Made by a program: the position numbers and the translations under genes. The notes beneath the pieces were generated by a model. The model had not been told where the DNA came from. It saw nothing but the letters and a program-made list of their open reading frames with translations, and did not search any database. This document shows positions 56,101 through 64,000 of a stretch of 64,000 bases of DNA, piece by piece; positions within the stretch are counted from its first letter, which is position 1, and every line of letters begins with the position of its first letter. The stretch comes from a virus (Duplodnaviria; Caudoviricetes): the IMG/VR virus record IMGVR_UViG_3300030330_005139. One strand, written 5' to 3'.

Positions 56101-59100
56101 ATTCAGAGGATTCCGTCTCACAGACATGATCGATGCGAGACCGAGAGTCAATAACTTTACAGTAACCGAAGGTTCTAGATCTCCGTTTGAATTTAAGGGG
56201 AGAGAGTTCAATGGTTCCTCAACTCAACACAGCTCTAAGAACATTCTTGCAACTGAAGAGTCGATTACAATCTCTTATGATTTCTATCTTCCCAGAGTTG
56301 ATTCGATCTACTGTGGAAGAGATGGGTCTCTGACTGTCAGATATGGTAATCCTGATGAAAATCCTCAGCCACCTGAGAGAATGAATGGTGGAATGAGAAT
56401 TGCCAATATCACACTTCCTGCTTATCTTTATAACACAAACAACGCCAAGATTAAGTTTATTGAGCATAAGAGATATCAGATGAGTGATATCGCAAAGCTC
56501 GAAACAAGGATCTCTAATCTTGAATATTACACTTCACTGAACGCTCTTGAGCAAGATGCAACAAGTCAGTTTATTCCTGATGCCAATGGAAATAACAGAT
56601 TTAAGTCTGGAATCTTCGTTGATAACTTCTCCACTACACTCCCTCAGGACACCAACATTGGATTCAAAAACAGTGTTGATACGAAGAGTGGATCAATGAG
56701 ACCATGCCATTACACAACAGCAATTGGTCTTGAGCCTGGTCTGAAGCCAGGACAAGATCCTAATATTGATGAAGCCTTTGCTGAAATCATTGGAAACAAT
56801 ATTGTCAGATCTGGTGATGTAATTACACTCGATTTTGATGAAGTTGAATATATTCGGCAACCATTTGGAACTCGTGTTGAGAATGTAACTCCGTTCCTTG
56901 TCACATTCTACGCTGGTGCTGTTGCTCTTGTTCCGGAGACCGATGTTTGGATTGACACTCAGACACTGGAACCACATAATGTTGAATTTGAAAATGATCT
57001 GTTCGACTCAATGGTAGCTGCCACTGGTGCCGAAGTCACTTCGGATGCTGATGGAAACAGAACTGGTGTTTCTCCAATTATCTGGGATTCTTGGGAGACC
57101 ACTGGAGTTAATGTTAACCAAGAACTTGATGTTAATATTAGCACCAACCAGATAGGTTCAAATTCAGAAACTGACAATGACTCAAACACTTCTGGTAACA
57201 CAACTTCAACGACAACAACTACCACCACAACCACTGAGTTTGAAACAGAAGTTAGTGTTGGAAGTGAAATTACCACTAGCCTTGATCAACAGAGAACAGG
57301 CCAACAGATCACAATCAACGAGACAACACAAACCGAGTCCCTTGGTGAATCTATTGTTGACAGAGAAATCATTCACTTCCTGAGAGCAAGAAACATCGAA
57401 ACGACTGCGACAAGAATGAAACCATTCACTCGCATTTATGGTTTCTTCGATGGTGTTGATCTCAACAGATACATCACTCCTAAGTTGATTGAAATTGACA
57501 TGCAACAGGGAACTTTCCAGGTTGGTGAGACAGTTGAGGGTGTGATGCCATCTTCACTGCAGGATGATGAGGACGACAGAACAGTTCCATTCATCACATT
57601 TAGAGTTGCTGCTTCTAACCATAAGTATGGAGCATTCAACAATCCAACTGATCGTTATGATCAGAACATGTACGATCCTGAAAGAAATGACATTCCAGCA
57701 ACGTACTCACCTTCGTCTACCATTCTGAATGTTGACACTAATTCCCTTCAGAACATCAACCAGAACCAGTTCGCTGGATTTATTGCCAAAGGAATGAGAC
57801 TGAGAGGTAGTACCTCCGGCGCTCAAGCAACTGTAAGTGACCTCAGGTTCATCACTGATGATGTTGGAACTTTCCAAGGTTGTTTCAGAGTACCTGATCC
57901 AAATAATCCCGCCAACCCCACATTTGAAAATGGCAGAAACACTTGGAGATTTACAAGTAGTGCTACCAACAGTCAACTTGAAGGTTCCTTAACGACAGCT
58001 GCAGAACACATCTTCTACTCTCAAGGTGACCTGGATAGTGTTCAGGAAACCACTCTGTCTCTGCAGAATGTTGGATTTGAGACTGAGGAGTTCACTCAAA
58101 ACAGAGAACTTACTGACACATCCTCCACAACCAGCACAGACAGTGATACCTTCGAAACTGTCAACACTAACTCATCGACTGAGATTGAGACTGTTGAAAT
58201 TGAAGAGGTCATTATCGAAGAGAACCAACAGGACCCGCTCGCTCAAACCTTCTTTGTTGGGGAGACGAACGGTATCTATGTCAATTCTGTTGATGTTTTC
58301 TTCTTCCAGACTGATGAGACATCGACTGTTACCTTCCAAATCAGAGAGGTAGAGCTCGGAACTCCAACACAAAAAGTTCTGGCTTATTCTGAAACCATTA
58401 TTTCTGGAGCGGATATTGTTACTTCTGAAGATGGTCAGACTCCAACAACAATTCAATTGAAATCTCCTGTTTACCTTGCAGGTGGTAAGGAGTATTGTCT
58501 TGTTCTGATGTCACAATCAACAAACTTTATTGTTTGGATTTCTCGTCTTGGTGAGGCAGATGTTGCCAGCAGCGCTGGTGGAGAACAGAACCAGGTTATT
58601 GTTACGGAACAACCTCTCCTTGGATCTCTGTTCAAGTCACAAAATGGTTCAACCTGGACACCAAGTCAATATGAGGATCTCAAGTTTGAACTCCGTAGAT
58701 GTAAGTTTGTAAAGAATGGTGACATCTCGTTGTTCAATCAAAACCTTCCTAAGGATCTTGAGAAACTTGATCCCAACGCTCTCACAATGAAGTCCAGAAA
58801 GGTCAAACTCAACACAACCACAATTACAGACACCGGTCTTCAGCCTGGATTTACAATTAGACAGCAGAACACTGGAGCAACTGGTAACTTCTTAGGTTAT
58901 GGTGGTGCTGCTTCTGGAGCTCTCGGTCTTGATAATGTTGGTGCTGGATTCACTCCTTCCTCTTCTTACTTTGTCTACACTGGAGTTGCTCTTACTTCTG
59001 TCACAGGAAGTGGTCTGAACGCGACAGCAAACATTGCGATTGAGAATGGAGTGGCACTGGCGGCAACGATCAGTGCTGGTGGTGAGGGTTATGCAGTTGG

Positions 59101-60688
59101 TGATGTTCTTACTCCGATCACTATTGGAAATGACAACCTTGGTTCTGGAATGAGATTGTCTGTTGGAACCATCAGTGGAAATAACCAACTCCTTTTGGAT
59201 GGTGTCCAAGGTAACTTCAACGCAATCGGTGGTAATGACCTTGAGTATGTCAGTACTGCTGGAACAACCACTCAACTCAATGGTGGAGGTGTTGTCCCAT
59301 CGAACCCAATCATCGTTCCTCATGAGAAGGATGAAGGTGTTTACATGAAGGTCTGGCACAGAAACCATGGAATGTACAATGAAGGTAACAGAGTTGTACT
59401 TTCTGGCATCACACCAAGTGGATCTAAGATCACTCTTACATCTGACTATGGTGTTAATGCCACTGGCAATATTAATGTTTCTGCTGGAGCTGGCTTCACT
59501 TCATTCGAACAAGTTGCTGTTGGTGCCACTAACCCTGGTTATGTTAAGATCGGACAAGAGATTATCAGTTACGAGGGTGTTAGTGGAGACAACCTGACTG
59601 GAATTACCAGAGGAATTGATAATACTAAGGTTGAGATCCATCAGAAGTCTGATAAAGTTACTAAGTATGAGTTGAATGGTGTTTCTTTGAGAAGAATCAA
59701 TAAGACACACTCTCTCAACACAACCTCTGACATCATTAGACCAATCACACTTGACTCTTACTATATCAAGATTGACATGAGTTCGAATGGTGTCAACAGG
59801 AGTGAGGGTCAATCTACATTCCCTCCTCTCTACTTTGCAGAGACTAAGAAGGGTGGTGGAGTTAACGGAAGATCGACTTATAACCTTCCCTTCAATTGCA
59901 TTGTTCCTAAGATTAATTCAATTATTCCCCAAGGAACAACAATCACTTCATCTGTTAGAACGACTTCTGGAACATCTGTTGATGGAACTCAACCATCGTT
60001 CGTTGATAAGGGATTCGTTGGATCAACTCTCAACACAAAGACCTGGTTTGATGATCCAAGAGCGGTTTACTCAGTGGAGAACGAGAACACTTTCCTCACT
60101 TCACTTCCCAATAACAAATCGTTCACCTACAATATGCAACTGGAGACAGGATCTACCCGCCTTTCTCCCGCAATTGATCTTTCTTCCTCAAGCGCTATCT
60201 TTATTCATAACAGAACAAATGCACCAATCTCAGATTATGCGACAGATTTCAGAGTCAACACAACAGAGGATGATCCTAACTCATTCTTCTATGTAACCAA
60301 GTTGATCAACTTGGAGAACCCTGGAACATCGATTCAAGTTCTTTTTGACGCTTACATCTCACAGGTTAATGATGTTAGAGTTCTCTTTGCCACAGGTCAG
60401 AGAGTTCCTGTTGACCAGACTGTGTTTATTCCTTTCCCTGGGTATGGAAACATTGGTCCTAATGGAGAAGTCCTGAACAGCGCACTTAACAACGGTAATC
60501 CTGACACTAAGACTCCAAAGAGTGATAGACTTGTCACAAAACCAAAGGCCAAAGACTTCAAGGAATTTAAGTTTACAGTTGAGAACTTGACTCCATTCAG
60601 TGAGTTTAGAATCAAAATTATTGGTTCTTCTACTAACTCCTCAATCTGTCCAATTATAAGAAACTTTAGAGTTACTGCACTTGCATAA
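53126..60688 (+). CDS. VrlC-like (DUF4815) large structural protein
   Basis: NLNV.PYFDDF..KVLFKP..PVQARELT.LQSILQNQ; APGADR; DPLAQTF. Confidence 0.85.
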   Translation: MPQETNLNVAPYFDDFDPQSNYHKVLFKPAYPVQARELTGLQSILQNQIEQFGNHIFKEGAKVIPGNLSYLNNFKGIQIETSYLGIPVTLYLDKLIGKKITGATSGVTAEVITYITNEQSELGNCTIYVNYIASSNTDAEVSTFLDNEVLLTDEAITYATTFIPSGDGFARSIVQQSNISGAAMAISPGVYFLRGYFVNVEEQLIILSQNSRTPSFQIGFNVLEEIISADVDPSLGDNSKGFNNYTAPGADRLKITPILIKKKKDETISNFVQLAEVQDGILKTVNDDTQYNILGDEMAKRTFEESGHYYVKEFITSVKDSINDQIGNRGVYLPGQVTASGQNPSDDLGVYKISPGTAYVSGYRVQILGTTLVDFNKPRTTKNLENQSISFGFGPSFNVNNVTGNPKFGIDTTYELSLRNRRKGSNPLANPGTEIGRARIYDFDLEGGSYDATNPSANKWDLSLWDLEVYTFLTVNQAVTLNVPTFVEGQSSGATGFLRASVSSGTSLKITDVKGEFHIGEQIKFDGVDENARSIVDVVNYELSDIKSVRGKSGISTFTADVIQENKQFIGIASVSSAGKVTVPGLTWPGISTSNNLVSYTDPARDLPVINRVSNVSTSQLSLAAVQDVAGVCDGSLPSGNIEVTDFRIIESKLANVGSSGNQSPNNTLFSVFPKRNIESTDLIDANLIVRRDFDVTVTNGQTNTVSAGINETFLPFDEERYSIVMQNGAVQVLSADKITISADGSSLTFKNLSGSGSGQLVATLRKIKVTAKEKVKLPVQSLIIDKSNVEGSGTGDGTFNDGLTYGNYAFGTRVQDKIICLNKPDVIKVHAIYEANGTDDPEAPVVVLGGIDGESGTTGDLIVGEQFIGEESGAVCTLLVNKNDISSNFCYLNTSTLVEGETVKFQSSNVTATVSSTTESDQRISGDFKLDQGQRATFYDYARIIRKPDVDAPNKKIIVYFMAAEYDSEDTGDITLTDSYKNFDYGREIPSFRGFRLTDMIDARPRVNNFTVTEGSRSPFEFKGREFNGSSTQHSSKNILATEESITISYDFYLPRVDSIYCGRDGSLTVRYGNPDENPQPPERMNGGMRIANITLPAYLYNTNNAKIKFIEHKRYQMSDIAKLETRISNLEYYTSLNALEQDATSQFIPDANGNNRFKSGIFVDNFSTTLPQDTNIGFKNSVDTKSGSMRPCHYTTAIGLEPGLKPGQDPNIDEAFAEIIGNNIVRSGDVITLDFDEVEYIRQPFGTRVENVTPFLVTFYAGAVALVPETDVWIDTQTLEPHNVEFENDLFDSMVAATGAEVTSDADGNRTGVSPIIWDSWETTGVNVNQELDVNISTNQIGSNSETDNDSNTSGNTTSTTTTTTTTTEFETEVSVGSEITTSLDQQRTGQQITINETTQTESLGESIVDREIIHFLRARNIETTATRMKPFTRIYGFFDGVDLNRYITPKLIEIDMQQGTFQVGETVEGVMPSSLQDDEDDRTVPFITFRVAASNHKYGAFNNPTDRYDQNMYDPERNDIPATYSPSSTILNVDTNSLQNINQNQFAGFIAKGMRLRGSTSGAQATVSDLRFITDDVGTFQGCFRVPDPNNPANPTFENGRNTWRFTSSATNSQLEGSLTTAAEHIFYSQGDLDSVQETTLSLQNVGFETEEFTQNRELTDTSSTTSTDSDTFETVNTNSSTEIETVEIEEVIIEENQQDPLAQTFFVGETNGIYVNSVDVFFFQTDETSTVTFQIREVELGTPTQKVLAYSETIISGADIVTSEDGQTPTTIQLKSPVYLAGGKEYCLVLMSQSTNFIVWISRLGEADVASSAGGEQNQVIVTEQPLLGSLFKSQNGSTWTPSQYEDLKFELRRCKFVKNGDISLFNQNLPKDLEKLDPNALTMKSRKVKLNTTTITDTGLQPGFTIRQQNTGATGNFLGYGGAASGALGLDNVGAGFTPSSSYFVYTGVALTSVTGSGLNATANIAIENGVALAATISAGGEGYAVGDVLTPITIGNDNLGSGMRLSVGTISGNNQLLLDGVQGNFNAIGGNDLEYVSTAGTTTQLNGGGVVPSNPIIVPHEKDEGVYMKVWHRNHGMYNEGNRVVLSGITPSGSKITLTSDYGVNATGNINVSAGAGFTSFEQVAVGATNPGYVKIGQEIISYEGVSGDNLTGITRGIDNTKVEIHQKSDKVTKYELNGVSLRRINKTHSLNTTSDIIRPITLDSYYIKIDMSSNGVNRSEGQSTFPPLYFAETKKGGGVNGRSTYNLPFNCIVPKINSIIPQGTTITSSVRTTSGTSVDGTQPSFVDKGFVGSTLNTKTWFDDPRAVYSVENENTFLTSLPNNKSFTYNMQLETGSTRLSPAIDLSSSSAIFIHNRTNAPISDYATDFRVNTTEDDPNSFFYVTKLINLENPGTSIQVLFDAYISQVNDVRVLFATGQRVPVDQTVFIPFPGYGNIGPNGEVLNSALNNGNPDTKTPKSDRLVTKPKAKDFKEFKFTVENLTPFSEFRIKIIGSSTNSSICPIIRNFRVTALA

Positions 60689-60906
60689 TGTACATCCCAG
60701 TCGAAGGTGATCCCGCCCTGGTGCGGGATAAGAGAAACGGTTCAATTGTCAACATTGACAAGACAGGTTATCAAGCCTACATTGCCAGAAGAGACAAGGA
60801 ACTTTCAGAAAAAGAGAAACTAGTGGATCTGGAAACTAAGGTTGAATCTCTCCAAAATGACATTGGAGAGATAAAGGATTTACTTAGAAAGGCTCTTGAT
60901 AAATAG
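60688..60906 (+). CDS. small coiled-coil protein
   Basis: TAATG coupling; VEG...LVRD..G.I.N. Confidence 0.75.
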   Translation: MYIPVEGDPALVRDKRNGSIVNIDKTGYQAYIARRDKELSEKEKLVDLETKVESLQNDIGEIKDLLRKALDK

Positions 60907-60928
60907 TAAAAATAGTAAGAGTAAATAA

Positions 60929-61807
60929 ATGGCTCAACCCTCTACCAGACAAGAACTTATCGACTATTGCCTGAGGAAGCTGGGAGCCCCTGTCCTTGAG
61001 ATCAATGTTGCTGAAGAGCAAGTTGAGGACCTGGTTGATGATGCCCTTCAGTACTTTCAAGAGAGACACTTTGATGGTGTCTCTAGGGTGTACTTGAAGT
61101 ATCAGGTAACACAAGAAGATGTAGACAGAGGAAGAGCAAGACCACCGGGAGCTCCTTCAAACGGATCTGGAACTGTTGGAATTGCCTCCACATCCGCAAC
61201 CACCACCATTGTGGGGACTGCAACCACATTCACCTACTATGAGAATAGTAATTACTTACAGGTTGCCCCAGACATTATTGGAATCAATAAGGTGTTCCAA
61301 TATAACGCCACACTGGGTAACGGAATGTATAATGTGAAATATCAATTCATGCTCAATGACGTTTTTGGTCTTTGGGGTGGTTATGGTAATGCCAGTGGTT
61401 ATGATCTTACATCATATTCAATGACAATGAGTTATCTGGAGACAATGAACTTTCTCCTGAACACCCACAAACAAATCAGATTCAATCAAAGATTAGACAG
61501 GATGTATCTTGATGTTGATTGGAGTGAATTGAAAGTTGGTGAATTCCTCATTATTGATTGCTTCAGAGCAATGGACGGAGATGAATATTCAAGAGTTTGG
61601 AATGACTCATTCCTGAAGAAATATCTCACATCTCTGATTAAGAGACAATGGGGTCAAAATCTTATCAAGTTCCAAGGAGTTAAACTTCCCGGTGGAATTG
61701 AGTTCAACGGAAGAGCAATTTATGATGATGCTCAAAGAGAACTCGATGCAATTAGAGAGGAGATGTCCAATACTTACGAGTTGCCTCCAATGGACTTTAT
61801 TGGATGA
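60929..61807 (+). CDS. gp13: neck protein
   Basis: LIDYCLR.LGAPVLEINV..F.ERHFDG; KRQWGQNL.KFQGVKLPGG; late promoter at 60899-60905. Confidence 0.92.
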   Translation: MAQPSTRQELIDYCLRKLGAPVLEINVAEEQVEDLVDDALQYFQERHFDGVSRVYLKYQVTQEDVDRGRARPPGAPSNGSGTVGIASTSATTTIVGTATTFTYYENSNYLQVAPDIIGINKVFQYNATLGNGMYNVKYQFMLNDVFGLWGGYGNASGYDLTSYSMTMSYLETMNFLLNTHKQIRFNQRLDRMYLDVDWSELKVGEFLIIDCFRAMDGDEYSRVWNDSFLKKYLTSLIKRQWGQNLIKFQGVKLPGGIEFNGRAIYDDAQRELDAIREEMSNTYELPPMDFIG

Positions 61808-61814
61808 TTGAGAT

Positions 61815-63281
61815 ATGCTAAATCCATTCTTTCTAAACGGAACTTCATCAGAGCAGGGTCTTCTTCAGTCTCTGATGACGGAAACCATCCAAATGCATGG
61901 GGTGGAGTGTTATTACTTGCCAAGAAGTTACGCGACAACCAACACAGTCATTAGAGAAGTTGTCCAATCTGAATTTAACAACGCTTATCCTCTAGAGGCT
62001 TATGTTGAATCTTATGATGGTTATGGTGGTCAGGGTGACATTCTTTCCAAGTTTGGAATTCAAGGACTGGATGATTTAGAAATCACCATTTCAAGGGAAA
62101 GGTTTGAGAGTTATATTAGTCCTTTGATGGAGGATCTTCCTGATATGGAGCTCACCGATCGACCTAAAGAGGGTGATCTTATTTGGTTCCCTCTTGGGGA
62201 TCGATTATTTGAAATTAAGTTTGTTGAACACGAACAACCTTTCTACCAACTTAAAGAGAGATATGTTTATCAACTGAAGTGTGAACTCTTCCGTCTGGAG
62301 GACGAGGTTCTCGATACCAATGTCTCAGAGATTGATGAGTCGATCGAACAACTTGGTCACATCTTCACACTGAACATGTTGGGTGTGGGAAGGACAGCAA
62401 CAGCCACAGCTGGAATCTGTACTTCTGGAGCCATCAACTACATTACCATCAAAAACATGGGTGGCAGTTATGATTTCCAACCTTACATTGGAATCTCCTC
62501 TTCGCCAACTGGTGATAACGCAGTTGGGGTTGCCTCGATCACTAACATTTATACCAATTGCAATGGAGAGTATGGTGGAAAAATTGCTGCTATTAACCTC
62601 ATTAACGCAGGTTGCGGGTACACACAAGCTCCGTGGATTACGATTAGTGGAGGGGGTGGATCTGGTGCGGAAGCAGTCGCGGGCATTGGTACAGGTTCTG
62701 TCCAATTTATAACTATTACTGATGGTGGAGCTGGTTACACAACAGCACCAACTGTCACGTTTAGTAATCCTTTACTTGATAATGTATTTTGTGATAGTGA
62801 TCAAATTACATGCGACTCTGATCAGCTCACAGTGGATGACACAGACATCCCTGGGGAAGAGGCAGCAAGAGCTCTGAGTGTCATTAACTCCGCAGGAATC
62901 GTCACTGGAATTTACGTTACTTACGGTGGCGTAGGTTATCAGGATCCCCCAACGATTACGATCGCTGGTCCTGTTGGATTTGAGACAGGAACAGGAGTGG
63001 GAAGATTCATCTTCAATGAGATCGTCACTGGTTCAACTTCTGGAACAACAGCAAGAGTCAAAGAGTGGAACTCGGACACTTACAAGTTGGAAGTTTCCAT
63101 TGTTGATGGATCGTTTACAAATGGTGAGAGGATCACTGGTAATGAATCTGGAGCTGTTTATGTTCTCAGTTCGACTAGTGAGTTTGATGAAGTCTCAGCA
63201 TATGCAGACAACGATACGATTGAAACCAAAGCTGATTCGATTATCGATTTTTCAGAAACAAACCCATTTGGGATGCCCTGA
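61815..63281 (+). CDS. gp14: neck protein (head closure)
   Basis: NPFF..EQ.L; YYLPR; RPKEGDLIWFP; FVEHEQPFYQL; DFSETNPFG. Confidence 0.92.
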   Translation: MLNPFFLNGTSSEQGLLQSLMTETIQMHGVECYYLPRSYATTNTVIREVVQSEFNNAYPLEAYVESYDGYGGQGDILSKFGIQGLDDLEITISRERFESYISPLMEDLPDMELTDRPKEGDLIWFPLGDRLFEIKFVEHEQPFYQLKERYVYQLKCELFRLEDEVLDTNVSEIDESIEQLGHIFTLNMLGVGRTATATAGICTSGAINYITIKNMGGSYDFQPYIGISSSPTGDNAVGVASITNIYTNCNGEYGGKIAAINLINAGCGYTQAPWITISGGGGSGAEAVAGIGTGSVQFITITDGGAGYTTAPTVTFSNPLLDNVFCDSDQITCDSDQLTVDDTDIPGEEAARALSVINSAGIVTGIYVTYGGVGYQDPPTITIAGPVGFETGTGVGRFIFNEIVTGSTSGTTARVKEWNSDTYKLEVSIVDGSFTNGERITGNESGAVYVLSSTSEFDEVSAYADNDTIETKADSIIDFSETNPFGMP

Positions 63282-63288
63282 ATAAATA
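63282..63288 (+). promoter_or_regulatory. T4-type late promoter
   Basis: ATAAATA after the gp14 stop codon. Confidence 0.7.
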
Positions 63289-63313
63289 ACTTAGCAAGGA
63301 GTAACCACAGAAA

Positions 63314-64000
63314 ATGGCAAAACAGGTAATTGGCATTGGAACAACAGCAAATGATGGAACAGGAGATTCCCTGCGAGTCAGTGCTGAGAAGTCAAACGAC
63401 AACTTTACTGAGGTTTACACTCTTCTGGGTGATGGTGCTACCTTGCCTTCTGGAATTGTCACCACACTTACAGCTGGGACCAACGTTACACTTTCGGGTT
63501 CAACCGGAAATGTAACCATCAACGCTTCGATTACTGGAGGATCAACAGCAGAAGTCAGTGCGAACACATTGGTGGTTACTGGAGTTTCCACACTTGGTGT
63601 CATTACTGGTGCAACTTCCCTTGGTGTCGTTGATGTTTTTGCAACCACATTGACAGGTAATCTGACTGGTAATCTGACTGGTAATGTGACAGGTAACCTG
63701 ACAGGTGATGTAACTGGTGATGGATCAAACCTGACAGGAATCACTACACTGATTCAAGCTGGAGATAATGTAACTGTAACTACGGCTTCTGGTATTACCA
63801 CAATTTCTTCAGCAGGTGTTTCTACTGCTGAAGTTAGAGCAAATACTCTTGTCGTTACTGGTATCACTACTCTTGGTATTGTTACTGGAGTAACCTCAGT
63901 TGAGGCTACAGACTTCTATGGAAATGGATCACAACTGGTTGATGGTAAGTGGACTCTGGGTGCTAACAATTCAGATCATTATACTTTCACTGGAATTGGT
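63314..64000 (+). CDS. 3'-truncated fibre protein with gp9/gp10-like N-terminus
   Basis: MAKQVIGIGTTANDGTGDSLR..NDNFTEVY; TGNL repeats; open to the window end. Confidence 0.8.
   Translation, partial: MAKQVIGIGTTANDGTGDSLRVSAEKSNDNFTEVYTLLGDGATLPSGIVTTLTAGTNVTLSGSTGNVTINASITGGSTAEVSANTLVVTGVSTLGVITGATSLGVVDVFATTLTGNLTGNLTGNVTGNLTGDVTGDGSNLTGITTLIQAGDNVTVTTASGITTISSAGVSTAEVRANTLVVTGITTLGIVTGVTSVEATDFYGNGSQLVDGKWTLGANNSDHYTFTGIG

Noticed and set aside
57160-57245. Thr/Ser-rich tract in the VrlC-like gene as an intein or insertion element
   Set aside because: In-frame low-complexity segment with no splicing or transposition motifs.
63301-63308. GTAACCAC in the leader of a late gene as another repeat copy or sRNA target
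   Set aside because: An isolated 8-mer without the rest of the repeat; about one such match is expected by chance in 64 kb.
258-63744. Minus-strand and alternative-frame ORFs in the track
   Set aside because: They are shadows of long + strand genes with biased codons, with no motifs or expression signals.

Overview
Segment of a T4-like cyanomyophage genome (T4-type baseplate and neck genes, T4-type late promoters, CP12-like and 2OG-Fe(II) oxygenase genes). Essentially all real genes are on the + strand. 1-14.5 kb: tail-fibre/structural genes, including three tandem tail-collar proteins with 11 HxH motifs each. 14.5-20.8 kb: oxygenases and small accessory genes. 20.8-30.5 kb: hypervariable island of ~30 small genes punctuated by 16 copies of an indel-free 40-bp repeat (consensus WTATTGTTWGTWACCYCYAAAGCTCYCCTTTAGTGTAACC), with stop codons abutting its 5' side and gene starts just after it. 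29.25-29.55 kb: origin-like element (AT-rich tract, phased cyanobacterial-type DnaA boxes, ~34-bp repeats). 30.5-30.7 kb: a promoter- and terminator-bounded structured RNA whose repeated GUGGUU motifs are complementary to the 3' end of the repeat. 31-34.5 kb: oxygenase, glycosyltransferase-like and SET-domain genes. 34.6-64 kb: gp25, gp6, giant gp7-like, a fibre, gp8, VrlC-like, gp13, gp14 and a partial fibre. The best candidate for an undescribed system is the repeat-cassette array together with its putative cognate sRNA. No database searches were run; all product calls come from motifs read by eye.
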